Positions 15,944 to 26,349 of a stretch of DNA of 64,000 nucleotides are shown here, one piece after another. Position 1 is the stretch's first letter. Each line of letters begins with the position of its first letter. This DNA is from Leptonemataceae bacterium (GTDB lineage: Bacteria > Spirochaetota > Leptospiria > Leptospirales > Leptonemataceae), in assembly GCA_965227295.1 (NCBI GenBank), contig OZ245742.1:4544001-4608000 (forward strand), written 5' to 3'. The notes beneath the pieces are model-generated. The model was not told the DNA's origin. It worked only from the letters and a program-made list of their open reading frames with translations, and made no database searches. The translations under genes and the position numbers were made by a program.

Positions 15944-16542
15944 ATAAATGCGAGAAACCGGCGGACGTCCGCGAGGCCTGCGTCCGCGAGGCGCTGAAGA
16001 TCATTGAAAAACACGGCGTGGAAAATCTGAGCCTGCGCCAGGTCGCCCGGCGCCTGAAGCTTTCTCATCAGGCCCCGTACAAACACTTCGCGAGCAAAGA
16101 TCATCTGCTCGCGGAAATCATTGAGCGCGGTTTTGTCACGTTCGCGGAGTATCTCGAACGCGACGCAAAATCGAAGCAGGCCAATCGCAACCTGCGCAGC
16201 CTCGGCAAGGCTTACATCCGCTTCGCCCTGGACTATCCGCTCTACTACCGGCTCATGTTCTCGTCGCCGCATCCGCCGGCGAAAGAACATCCCGGCATGG
16301 CAGCCCGCAGCAAGGCCACCTTCGAGATCTTACGCGATCGCGTCCGCGACATGCAGTCCATGACCGGAGCGCGGCGCGACGTGGACGCGGAGGCCCTGTT
16401 CATCTGGTCGACCATGCACGGCCTTGCTTCGATTCTTTCCTGGGAACACGTAAACGGACTGCCGATCGGCGGCCGGGACCGCCGACGGTACATTACGCAC
16501 GTATTGAATCGCATCGGGGATGCGTTGCGATTCAATGATTGA
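15691..16542 (+). CDS. Chimeric ORF: arm-protein N-terminus plus arm terminus, in frame with a TetR/AcrR regulator (TetR part ~15950-16542)
   Basis: TetR HTH LSLRQVARRLKLSHQAPYKHFASKDHLL and WSTMHG motif; native TetR start not visible. Confidence 0.75.
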   Translation: METIQKIIVSHEGMEALKLCESIRVEHEEYPLLVIEFLGQGPTARPAVGVSQFIKQAGKHQPDMRGNLPFHRQLFRSTFRWLRRNKCEKPADVREACVREALKIIEKHGVENLSLRQVARRLKLSHQAPYKHFASKDHLLAEIIERGFVTFAEYLERDAKSKQANRNLRSLGKAYIRFALDYPLYYRLMFSSPHPPAKEHPGMAARSKATFEILRDRVRDMQSMTGARRDVDAEALFIWSTMHGLASILSWEHVNGLPIGGRDRRRYITHVLNRIGDALRFND

Positions 16543-16549
16543 GCTCTAT

Positions 16550-17803
16550 CAGGCTGCTGAAAAAGTCATTCGAAAGCGGAATCTGTGAAATTCATTTGGG
16601 CGTTGCGCCCGGCCGGGCCGCACACAAGTCGCGGTCGTAGCGACTTGTGAACCCGACGAGGCGCAAGGCGCGTCGCTCCATTCCGCCGACCGGGCGCCGG
16701 GCTGCTCCGGGCTCCGCGTTCGCTTCGGTCCTCCGTGCTTCGCACTCCGGACTGCCGCTGCGCGGCACCCTGCACATCCCTAACGCTTGTATTTCGCAAG
16801 TTAGCATTCGCGATCATGCTGCTGCCTCCTGTAGGTTTCTGATTCGCAGCAAGTTGTAGACGGCAACAGCGAAACGGAAAATCCATTGAGCGGTGCGGTG
16901 ATCGACGGCACTGGAGCGGCTCTTCTGTGCGATGTGCGGCACAATCCGGTTCGCTTTAAGTTCTTCTACGAAAGCTTTAGTATCGTAGCCTTTGTCGGCG
17001 CCCGGAGTGATGCGGCGGCGATCTTTGCTTCGGCGTAGTTCCTTCATGAAGATGGCTGCCGCATCGCGTTCCGCCGTTCCGGTCGCGTGTGTCACGCCGG
17101 CCATCACGGCGAGGCCGTGACGATTTTCCATAAGGACATGCCCCATATACACCAGCCGGGCCTCTTTGCCGTTGCCTTTGCGAAACAGCTTCGCATCCGG
17201 ATCGGTAGTGGATTCGTGCGTATCGTTGCGGCGTTTTTCACCGTGAAAACTTACGGACGGATTGCCCGGGTCACAGGCTCGCTGCGGCTTCCAGCAACGT
17301 GGCATCCACGGTGAAATGTTCGTCGCTGATCAGCCCGCGATCATCCGCCACTTCCAGAACGCCGCGAAAGAATTCGTCGGCGATGCCGCCTTCCATCAGA
17401 CGGTCGCGATTCTTTGAAGAGACGCTCGCATCCCAGACGGGATCGTCGGCGCTCAACCCGATGAACCAACGATACAGCAGATTGTAGTTCGTTTGCTCCA
17501 TCAACTGACGTTCGCTGCGGACGCTGAACAACACTTGCAGCAACAGAGCGCGCAACAGGTACTCCGGCGGAATCGAGGGCCACCCGAAAGCCGGATACAT
17601 TTCATCAAATCGATCGCTAAGATTCGCGAGGACCGCATCCGTCAACTTGCGAATGTCACGCAACGGATGGTTGGCCGGAATCCGGTCCTCCATCGAAACG
17701 TGACTCCAGATACTCGGTTGCTTTTCTTCTTCGCCGCGCATGCGACGAAATCTGAACAAGCACCGCTAAATCGCCAGGAGATTTCGACTTTTTCAGCAGC
17801 CTG
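16550..17803 (-). mobile_element. IS5-family insertion sequence with a disrupted transposase
   Basis: 18-bp terminal IR CAGGCTGCTGAAAAAGTC / GACTTTTTCAGCAGCCTG; CTAT direct repeat on both flanks. Confidence 0.9.
16814..17741 (-). pseudogene. IS5-family transposase, frameshifted and C-terminally deleted
   Basis: Two frames: IPANHPLR...SVRSERQL...HFTVDAT and HESTTDPDA...ADKGYD. Confidence 0.85.
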
Positions 17804-17822
17804 CTATTCGATTCTCCCGAAC

Positions 17823-18767
17823 TCAGGCCGCGGGAATTTGCCGCGAGGTCTGCATGATCCAGGACGTGTAGAAGATTCCCAGGCTTCTTAACAGAAACAA
17901 ATCTGAATCTAAGGGTTCGCCGCTGTCCGGGGTGTAGTCCCGCAGCGAACGAACCGCGTCCCGATAGCTGGCGCGGAACTTCCAGAAACCCGTCTCGAAC
18001 GGAATGTACTGGGCCACGCGCATCATGTGTTCCGGGCCGAGGCCGTATTCCTTCAGCCACTCCACGAGCAGAGTATCGCACTTGAACTTCTTCGAAAGAA
18101 TGACCTGGGCCACCAGGGAACGATAGGCGCGGTCGAGAAAGATGAGCGAAACCTCGGGATGGTCGCGGTAGGCGTTCACGATGATCTCGTCCTGGCTCTC
18201 CAGTGCGGCCCGCATGTTGCGCATGCGAGCCAGGCGGCGCGCAAGATAGATGTAGGCCCGGAACGAACGCATGAGCCGACCGCGGTCCTGCTCCGAAAGA
18301 GCCGTGTGATGGGCCCGCCGGCCCATCTGCATAATGGTCTGCTCCGCGCTTTCCCGCGTGGGGTTGAGCGCCAGGATCTGGATGGTTTGAAATAGAATGT
18401 CGAAGGAGATTTGCCCGGCGGTGTCACCCACCGACATAATTTCTTTGCGATAGGCCGAGGCCACTTCCAGGGCCACCCGCGCAAGTTGGTCGACACGCGT
18501 CCGCCCGGCGGATTCGAGGAGCTTCTTGATGTTGCCGACCAGGGACGGATTGTACTCGGTGAAGTCGTCCTCCGAATCGCGAATGTGAGCGAGGAAGGTC
18601 TTTTTCAGGACCTGGAGACGCCCGTCCTGTACTTCCTGCCGCGCCTGCACGATGCGCCAGAGCAGCAAAGGCCGGGATGAACCTTTCGGCAGGCGTACCG
18701 AGCCAGTATAATAGAAGGAATCGCGATTTGCAGCCTTTTCGGGGGGCGCGGTTTCGGGGGAGGTCAT
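17823..18767 (-). CDS. Hypothetical protein
   Basis: 314-aa ORF with host-like codon usage. Confidence 0.75.
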   Translation of the reverse strand: MTSPETAPPEKAANRDSFYYTGSVRLPKGSSRPLLLWRIVQARQEVQDGRLQVLKKTFLAHIRDSEDDFTEYNPSLVGNIKKLLESAGRTRVDQLARVALEVASAYRKEIMSVGDTAGQISFDILFQTIQILALNPTRESAEQTIMQMGRRAHHTALSEQDRGRLMRSFRAYIYLARRLARMRNMRAALESQDEIIVNAYRDHPEVSLIFLDRAYRSLVAQVILSKKFKCDTLLVEWLKEYGLGPEHMMRVAQYIPFETGFWKFRASYRDAVRSLRDYTPDSGEPLDSDLFLLRSLGIFYTSWIMQTSRQIPAA

Positions 18768-18924
18768 GGGATCACCATTTTCGCATGAAATGTTAGTTTT
18801 ATGTTAGCCGGATTGTACACATAAATGAAACAATGTCTACTACTTTTAGCTCGCCCGGTAAAATGCGCGGCGAGCTCCCCCGGTTCATCGTTGATTCCGT
18901 TCCGGGAATCATTCTCCATGGCCC

Positions 18925-21900
18925 ATGCCCGTCACGAAACTGCTCATCGCCAACCGCGGGGAAATTGCCGTACGCATCGCCCGGGCCGCCGCTGATCTCG
19001 AGCTGCCCTGCGTGGCCGTATTTTCGGAGGACGATGCCGGCGCCGGTCACCTGCGCCACGCGGATGCATCCCGGCCCCTGCCCGGCACCGGTCCCGCCGC
19101 CTACCTCAATCCCGCCGCGCTGATGGAAGCCGCGCGATCCGCCGGCTGCGATGCAGTCCACCCCGGCTACGGTTTCCTCAGTGAAAACGCCGGCTTCGCC
19201 CGGGCCTGCCGGGAAGCCGGCCTCGTCTTCGTGGGGCCGGAGCCCGAACACCTGGAACTCTTCGGCGACAAGATGCGAGCCCGCGCCCTCGCTCTCGAAC
19301 ACGGCGTGCCCGTACTCACCGGGAGTTCCGGTCCGGCCTCATTAACAGACGCTCGGCAATTGTTAATGGACGGCCCGATCATCCTAAAGGCCGTGGCCGG
19401 AGGCGGCGGACGCGGCACCCGCATCGTGCGCCGGCCCGAAGAACTGGAGCCGGCCTTCGAACGCTGCTCTTCCGAGGCCCGCCTGGCCTTCGGCAACGGC
19501 GCTCTCTACGCCGAACGTTTGCTGGAACGGGCGCGCCACGTCGAGGTGCAAATCGTCGGCGACGGGGAACGAATCACGCACTTCCACGAACGCGAATGCA
19601 GCGTGCAACGCCGGCGGCAGAAGCTCATCGAAATCGCCCCGGCCCCGGAATTGAGCCCGGCCCTGCGCGAACCATTGATCGAGGCCGCCGTAAAACTGGC
19701 CCGGGCCGTGCGCTACCGCAGCCTGGGTACGTTTGAGTTTCTCGTGGATACGCGAGCCGGTGCGTTTTATTTCCTGGAAACGAATCCGCGGGTTCAGGTG
19801 GAGCATACCGTCACCGAGGCGGCGTGCGGCGTAGATCTCGTTCAGTTACAGTTAAGGCTTGCCGGGGGTGAAAGCCTGAACGCGGCCGGCTTCGAAGATG
19901 CCGGGCCGAAGCCTTCGGGATACGCCGTGCAACTCCGCATCAACACCGAGACCATGGACGTGAGCGGCGAGGCCCGGCCCGCCGGAGACGTTACACTGGC
20001 TCGCTTCGATCTACCCGGCGGGCCCGGCGTGCGCGTGGATACCGCCGCGCGCCAGGGCGACAGCACCAACGGCAACTTCGATTCCCTGCTCGCCAAACTC
20101 ATCGTCCATCACCGCGGAACGTTTGCGCGGACTGTCGATCGTTTGCGTCGCTCCCTGGCGGAGCTCCAGGTCTCCGCGACGGACGGGCGGCCCTGTAGCA
20201 ACGCAAACTTCCTCGCCGCGATTCTTGCGCGCCCGGAGTTTGTTCAGTACGATCTCGATACCGGCTTCGTCGATGATCACGTCGAGGAACTCGTGGCCGC
20301 GACGCCAGGCGCTACTCCGGAGGGGGGCACCGCAACCGCCGCCTCGCCGACGAACTCACTCGCAGCCCCGCCGGGAACGGAGGCGATCGCATCTCCCATG
20401 CGCGGTCGGTTGATCGAAGTCAGCGTGAGTCCGGGGGAAAACGTGAGTCGCGGCGCGCAGCTTGCCGTACTCGAAGCCATGAAGATGGAACACGTCATCC
20501 AGGCGCCGTGCGCCGGCTTCGTAGAACGGCTGTTCGCATCGGCCGGAGACGCCGTGAGCGACGGACAACCGTTGCTGTTTCTGCGTCCGGGCGCGGACGA
20601 CGGGCCCGAGGCCGGCGACGAAAACGAAGCCGCGGATTTGAATGCGATTAGACCGGACTTGCAAGAAGTTATCGATCGACACTTTGCAATTTCCGACGAG
20701 GGGCGACCCCGGGCCGCGGCAAAGCGTCACAAGCGCGGCCAGCGCACGGCCCGGGAAAACCTGGCCGATCTCTGCGATCCCGGCACGTTCAAAGAGTACG
20801 GGGCCATGGCCCTGGCGGCCCAACGCTCCCGGCGTTCGTTGGATGATCTCATTCGCCTGAGTCCCGCGGATGGACTGGTGGCCGGCCTGGCCGCGGTCAA
20901 CGGTGATCGCTTTCAAGAAGAACGCTCACGCTGCGCCGTGATGTCCTACGATTATACCGTCTTCGCCGGTACCCAGGGCATGATGAATCACAAAAAGACC
21001 GATCGCCTGCTGCAAGTCGTCGAAGAGTTGCAGTTACCGATGGTCGTCTTTACCGAGGGCGGCGGCGGCCGTCCCGGTGACGTGGACGCGGTGGCCGTGG
21101 GCGCTCTCGACCTGCATACGTTTACAGCCTACGCGAAATTGAGCGGCCTCGTCCCGCGCATCGCCGTGGCCTCGGGACGTTGTTTCGCGGGCAACGCCGC
21201 GTTCTTCGGTGCCAGCGACATTACCATCGCGACGCAGGACGCGACGATCGGTATGGGCGGGCCGGTAATGATCCAGGGCGCGGGCCTGGGCCGTATCGAC
21301 GCCGAAGACGTCGGCCCGGCCGCCATGCACGCGCGGAGCGGCGTGGTGGATGTCCTGGTCCGGGACGAGGTCGAAGCCGTGCGCGCCGCAAAGCACGCCC
21401 TGTCGTTTTTCCAGGGCCCGCTACAGAACTACGAGCACGCCGATCAACGCCTCCTGCGTACCGCGGTACCGGACAATCGCCTGCGGGCCTACGACGTGCG
21501 TCGCATCATTCGACTCTTAGCTGACACTGATTCAATGTTAGAGCTGCGGCCGCTTTTCGCCCCCGGCATGATCACGGCCCTGATTCGCATCGGTGGCCGA
21601 CCGCTCGGTTTGATCGCCAACCATCCCGGCTACCTGGCCGGGGCCATCGACGCCGACGGCGCCGACAAGGCCGCGCGTTTTTTACAGCTTTGCGACGCCT
21701 TTGCTCTGCCCGTCCTCAGCCTGGTGGACACGCCGGGCATCATGGTCGGCGCGGATGCGGAACGCACCGCCCTGGTCCGTCACGCGGCCAGGCTCTTTCT
21801 CACCGGCGCGTCCGTCAACATACCGATCTTCGCCATCGTCCTGCGCAAGGGCTACGGACTGGGCGCCATGGCCATGACGGGCGGCAGCTTTCATCGATCT

Positions 21901-22212
21901 ATTTTCACCGCCGCCTGGCCGTCGGGAGAATTCGGCGCCATGGGACTCGAAGGCGCCGTGAGTGTGGGCTTCCAGAAGGAGCTGGCCGAAATCAAGGACT
22001 GGGACCAACGCGACGCGCGCTTTCGCGAACTCGTGGAAGAAGCCTACCAGCACGGCAAGGCCCTGAACATGGCCTCGTACCTGGAGATTGATGCCGTCAT
22101 AGACCCGGCGGAATCCCGGGAATGGGTTCTGCGCGGCCTGGCCTCGTTGCCACCGACGACGTACAGCCCTCAAGAATACAAAAAACGACGCCCCTGCGTG
22201 GATTCCTGGTAG
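18925..22212 (+). CDS. Fused acyl-CoA carboxylase (biotin carboxylase + biotin carrier + carboxyltransferase)
   Basis: LLIANRGEIA, HPGYGFLSEN, GGGGRG, EAMKM biotinylation motif, C-terminal CT domain. Confidence 0.95.
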   Translation: MPVTKLLIANRGEIAVRIARAAADLELPCVAVFSEDDAGAGHLRHADASRPLPGTGPAAYLNPAALMEAARSAGCDAVHPGYGFLSENAGFARACREAGLVFVGPEPEHLELFGDKMRARALALEHGVPVLTGSSGPASLTDARQLLMDGPIILKAVAGGGGRGTRIVRRPEELEPAFERCSSEARLAFGNGALYAERLLERARHVEVQIVGDGERITHFHERECSVQRRRQKLIEIAPAPELSPALREPLIEAAVKLARAVRYRSLGTFEFLVDTRAGAFYFLETNPRVQVEHTVTEAACGVDLVQLQLRLAGGESLNAAGFEDAGPKPSGYAVQLRINTETMDVSGEARPAGDVTLARFDLPGGPGVRVDTAARQGDSTNGNFDSLLAKLIVHHRGTFARTVDRLRRSLAELQVSATDGRPCSNANFLAAILARPEFVQYDLDTGFVDDHVEELVAATPGATPEGGTATAASPTNSLAAPPGTEAIASPMRGRLIEVSVSPGENVSRGAQLAVLEAMKMEHVIQAPCAGFVERLFASAGDAVSDGQPLLFLRPGADDGPEAGDENEAADLNAIRPDLQEVIDRHFAISDEGRPRAAAKRHKRGQRTARENLADLCDPGTFKEYGAMALAAQRSRRSLDDLIRLSPADGLVAGLAAVNGDRFQEERSRCAVMSYDYTVFAGTQGMMNHKKTDRLLQVVEELQLPMVVFTEGGGGRPGDVDAVAVGALDLHTFTAYAKLSGLVPRIAVASGRCFAGNAAFFGASDITIATQDATIGMGGPVMIQGAGLGRIDAEDVGPAAMHARSGVVDVLVRDEVEAVRAAKHALSFFQGPLQNYEHADQRLLRTAVPDNRLRAYDVRRIIRLLADTDSMLELRPLFAPGMITALIRIGGRPLGLIANHPGYLAGAIDADGADKAARFLQLCDAFALPVLSLVDTPGIMVGADAERTALVRHAARLFLTGASVNIPIFAIVLRKGYGLGAMAMTGGSFHRSIFTAAWPSGEFGAMGLEGAVSVGFQKELAEIKDWDQRDARFRELVEEAYQHGKALNMASYLEIDAVIDPAESREWVLRGLASLPPTTYSPQEYKKRRPCVDSW

Positions 22213-22349
22213 TTTTCGCCGGGATTTTCCTAACGAAAAAATAACATTCGGTTAACAGAACCCTAGCAACTTACTACATCATTGTATTGCCTGATTTGAC
22301 CGTTCGCCCATAATTGGGTCTAAGGCTCCATGAGCAGGAAGGTCCCAAG

Positions 22350-25300
22350 ATGACACTACGACGTACAGGTTCTCGATCCTTCATTCGAAGTCTCACCGCT
22401 GCTGCGCTGTGTGGCGCAATCTCGCTGTCCAACTGCGCGAACGGCGAAGGCGGGTCCGATCCCCTGCTCTTCGGCTTTACCAGCGATCTACTCCTCGCGG
22501 CCATCACGCCGACGACGGACGAAGGCACCCAGACCTATACCACCGGCGTCACGATTCGTACTCTCGACGGCGGCTACATCATCCCGGAAAACCAGGCGAA
22601 CGGAACGCTGGACCTGACCATCGTCCTGAACAGCCCGCCCACGGCGGATGTCGTCATCCCGCTGAGCATGGCGAATCCCGCGGAATCGGCCGTGTCGCCC
22701 GAAAGCGTCACGTTCACGCCGGACAACTGGAATGTGCCGCAGAATCTCGTCATCACCGGCGTGATTGAACCGGACATCGACGGCAACCAGATCACCTCCC
22801 TGGTCTTCGGTGCCGCGGAGTCCGACGACCCGGAGTACGGCGGCCTGGTGGCTCCGTCCATTACGGGCATCATCGCCGTCGACGACGACGCGCCGAGCAT
22901 CATCGTGTCTGCGCCGCCGGCAGGTCTGGTGACCACGGAAACCGGCACCGCCGACGTCTTCGCCGTTGTACTCTCGCACGAGCCGACCGCAAACGTCGTC
23001 GTACCGGCCACCATCGTATCTTCCGATACCACCGAAGGACTGCCGGACATGACCACGCTCACGTTTACACCCGCGAACTGGAGCACACCGCAGATCGTAA
23101 CCGTCACCGGTGTCGACGACGTCTTCCTGGACGGCAACGTTAACTACACGGTGGATCTCCCGAACAGCACGAGTGCGGACGGGGATTTCAACAACCTGCA
23201 GTACTTTTCGTATCATAACACCGTGCCGTCCTCGTCGACGAACTCGGTCCAGGCCACGAATATCGACAACGAAACACCGGTCATCAACGTAACCCCCACT
23301 GTCTTAAACTTAACGGAGAACGGTGCCAACGGTACGTTCAACGTGTCGCTCGGCACGCAACCTCCCGGCAACGTAACCATCTCGGTGACGAACCCGCAGC
23401 CAGGCCGCGCGAACGTTACGCCGACGCTCCTCACGTTTACGACCGGCAACTTCAGTACCCCGCAAACGGTGACCGTCGATCCCATCGACAACGACCTGGC
23501 GGACGGCAACGTCTCGTTCGTCGTAGACCTCGGAACGGCCACGAACTATCAGAACACCGAACCGGACGACGTCACGGTCAACATCACCGACAACGAAACC
23601 GCGTCCATTGTCGTCTCGACCCTGTCACGGAACACCACCGAGGCTGGCCAGAACGCCAACTTCACGGTGGTCCTCACGTCCGAGCCCACCGCAAACGTGG
23701 ACGTAACGCTGAGCGATACCAGCGACTCGAAGAACGCGGGCAACTCCGAGGGCACCATCGACAAATACTCGCTCACGTTTACGCCGGCGAACTGGGACAC
23801 GCCCCAGACCGTTACGGTGACGCCGACGAACGAAGACATCTTTGACGGCAACGTACAATGGCTGGTCTCCGTGAGTAACGCCACCAGTGCGGACCCGGAC
23901 TACTCCGGCCTGGCGCCGACGCCGAACTTCGTTACGGTCAACAACGTGGACGACGACATCGGCGGTTTTACGATCGTCGCCAACGGGCAGACCACGAACA
24001 CCGCGGGCTCCGCGGGCACCATCAGTGGCCTGGCAACGGACGATTCGAATCAGCTCAGCAACAGTACTTACTCAAGCTTCACGATCCGCCTGCGTTCGGA
24101 GCCCACGGCGAATGTCGTACTGAACTTCACCGCCAACGGACCGAACAACGACGGCCGCTTCACGGATACGCTGACGACAACCACGTCGCGCACGTTCACG
24201 CCGGCGAACTGGGCGACGCCGCAGACCGTAACGCTCTACGGCGCCTCGGACGGCAGCAACGAGGGCAACCAGGACTACTCGGTCAGCGTCACTCCGGTGA
24301 CCACGGACGATAAGTACTCGAACACGGCTTTCGTTGCGCGCCCGTCGTTCTCGCTGCACAGTTGCGATAACGACGTCGCGAACGTCATTGTCGGTTGTCG
24401 GCGTTCCGGCAGCTTCGGCACTACGGAATCCGGCGGCACGGCGACACTGTGGATGATCACCCAGTCCGATCCGGGCGGCACGGTAACCGTCGCAGCTTCC
24501 AGTTCGGATACGACGGAGGGTGTCGTTACGACGAGCCCGGCCACGGTAACCTCGGGCAACTGGAACACCATGGGCGCCGCGGGCAGCAACCGTCTGATCA
24601 TGACCGGCCAGTCGGACGCGCTCTTCGATAACAACATTCTCTACACGTTCATCATCGATCCGCCGACCACGGGCGGGGCCATCTACACCTCGTTCAATCC
24701 GCCGGACTTTCAGCTCTATAACACCGACGACGAACAGTTGTTTGAGTTCGATACCTCCGGCTCCGCGAACACGTCGGAGGCGCTGGAAAACTCGTCGACC
24801 TTCCTCGTTCGTCTGCGGACGGCCCCGGCGGCCGACGTAACCGTCAGCATTTCGTGCGGCAACAGCGAGTGTAAGAACGTTAGTCCCACGAGCGTGACGT
24901 ATACGACCGGCAACTGGAACGTATATCAGACCGTGACTTACACCGGTAAGGACGACAACCGCGCCGACGGACCGCAGGGTCTGAGCGTGAGTTTCGGCGC
25001 GGCATCCAGTACGGACCTGACCATCAACGGCATTACGCCGCCGGCCATCACACCGGCGCAGAACCTCGACGACGACAAGGTCGTCTGGACGACGAACGCG
25101 AACTCCGGCACGGGTCTGCGCGGTAACTTCAACGCCGGACTGGGCGTCGCGGATACGTTCTGCAACGACGGCACGGACCTGAACAAACCGAACGGCTACT
25201 TCGACGGCGTGACCTACAAGGCGCTGCTGGTCGACAGCGGCACCCGCGTGGCCACCACCAGTGGCACGGACGGCACCGGTCAGTTGAACTGGGTGCTCAC

Positions 25301-25607
25301 CGCGAACACCAGCTACTACCTGGGCACCGGCGGAAGCCCGCCGTATACGTCCCTGGTGTTCACGACGAACTCCTACGGCACGTTTACGTTCGGCACGCTT
25401 ACGACTGCGTTCAGCGGCAGCGGCACCTTCTGGACGGGCCTGAATACCGACTGGACGACGAATGCGGATAACTGCTCGAACTGGACCAACGATACGGCCG
25501 GCTTCAACGGACGCTACGGCGTCGGCGGGGCCACCGGCGCCACGTCCATCAGCTCGACGACGGACACCTGTGCGACCCAGAGGCAGTTGATCTGTGTGCA
25601 ACAGTAG
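22350..25607 (+). CDS. Large surface lipoprotein with repeated Calx-beta/Ig-like modules and a C-terminal DUF1554 (Len/endostatin-like) domain
   Basis: Signal peptide ending LSNC; repeated LTFTPANWxTPQTVTV; C-terminal YKALLVD...WVL...WTGL...C..W...LICVQQ. Confidence 0.8.
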   Translation: MTLRRTGSRSFIRSLTAAALCGAISLSNCANGEGGSDPLLFGFTSDLLLAAITPTTDEGTQTYTTGVTIRTLDGGYIIPENQANGTLDLTIVLNSPPTADVVIPLSMANPAESAVSPESVTFTPDNWNVPQNLVITGVIEPDIDGNQITSLVFGAAESDDPEYGGLVAPSITGIIAVDDDAPSIIVSAPPAGLVTTETGTADVFAVVLSHEPTANVVVPATIVSSDTTEGLPDMTTLTFTPANWSTPQIVTVTGVDDVFLDGNVNYTVDLPNSTSADGDFNNLQYFSYHNTVPSSSTNSVQATNIDNETPVINVTPTVLNLTENGANGTFNVSLGTQPPGNVTISVTNPQPGRANVTPTLLTFTTGNFSTPQTVTVDPIDNDLADGNVSFVVDLGTATNYQNTEPDDVTVNITDNETASIVVSTLSRNTTEAGQNANFTVVLTSEPTANVDVTLSDTSDSKNAGNSEGTIDKYSLTFTPANWDTPQTVTVTPTNEDIFDGNVQWLVSVSNATSADPDYSGLAPTPNFVTVNNVDDDIGGFTIVANGQTTNTAGSAGTISGLATDDSNQLSNSTYSSFTIRLRSEPTANVVLNFTANGPNNDGRFTDTLTTTTSRTFTPANWATPQTVTLYGASDGSNEGNQDYSVSVTPVTTDDKYSNTAFVARPSFSLHSCDNDVANVIVGCRRSGSFGTTESGGTATLWMITQSDPGGTVTVAASSSDTTEGVVTTSPATVTSGNWNTMGAAGSNRLIMTGQSDALFDNNILYTFIIDPPTTGGAIYTSFNPPDFQLYNTDDEQLFEFDTSGSANTSEALENSSTFLVRLRTAPAADVTVSISCGNSECKNVSPTSVTYTTGNWNVYQTVTYTGKDDNRADGPQGLSVSFGAASSTDLTINGITPPAITPAQNLDDDKVVWTTNANSGTGLRGNFNAGLGVADTFCNDGTDLNKPNGYFDGVTYKALLVDSGTRVATTSGTDGTGQLNWVLTANTSYYLGTGGSPPYTSLVFTTNSYGTFTFGTLTTAFSGSGTFWTGLNTDWTTNADNCSNWTNDTAGFNGRYGVGGATGATSISSTTDTCATQRQLICVQQ

Positions 25608-25629
25608 AAGGAGATTGCTGACTATTAAT

Positions 25630-26349
25630 ATGCGAAACTCACGCACCTTCGGCCTTGCCGCCGCCCTGTTCGGGGCGGCGGTGCTCGTGCACTGCGAAAG
25701 CCTGGCCAACAGCAAAACCATGCAGGCCGTCACCGGCTGTCCGCCCTATCAAACCGAAGTGGCCTTCCCTTCGGTCCGCTGGATCGACGGCCTGGATCCC
25801 TTCCTGCTGGATAAGCTCTACACGAAGGTGAAAGAGGACTTCGAGGAAACCGGCGTAGAGCTGGACGAGGTCGCCAACGGCTTCCGCGCAAAGGGCATTG
25901 AGCTCAAGAAAGACGTGGGTCCCGAGGGCAACACGAAAGAGCTCATAGTCTCCCTGGACGGGGACATCGCCTTCGCCACGGGTAGTTCGCGACTCACGCC
26001 CAAGGCCAAAGAGCTCGTTTCGAAACTCGGTGCGGCGATGCTGGAGTATAAGGACACCCTGGCGAAAATCGGCGGGCACACGGACTCCGTGGGCACGTTC
26101 GCCAGCAACATCAAGCTGAGCTTTCGGCGCGCCGAAGCCGTTAAGAAAGAACTCATCGAGAATATGGGTATCGTGGAAAAGCGCATCATCGAGGTCGAAG
26201 GCTTCGCCGATACGCAGAAAGTCGTGGATACCAACGGACCGGAAGTCCGGAACCGCCGGGTGGAAATCCGACTCACGCCGGGTAAGGTCACCATCGAAGA
26301 ACCTCCGGGCGAGGCCTCGTTCCTGGAAAGGACGCGGCCGTGCGCCTGA
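25630..26349 (+). CDS. OmpA-family lipoprotein
   Basis: FATGSS, GHTDSVG, NIKLSFRRAEAV and NRRVEI motifs. Confidence 0.9.
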   Translation: MRNSRTFGLAAALFGAAVLVHCESLANSKTMQAVTGCPPYQTEVAFPSVRWIDGLDPFLLDKLYTKVKEDFEETGVELDEVANGFRAKGIELKKDVGPEGNTKELIVSLDGDIAFATGSSRLTPKAKELVSKLGAAMLEYKDTLAKIGGHTDSVGTFASNIKLSFRRAEAVKKELIENMGIVEKRIIEVEGFADTQKVVDTNGPEVRNRRVEIRLTPGKVTIEEPPGEASFLERTRPCA

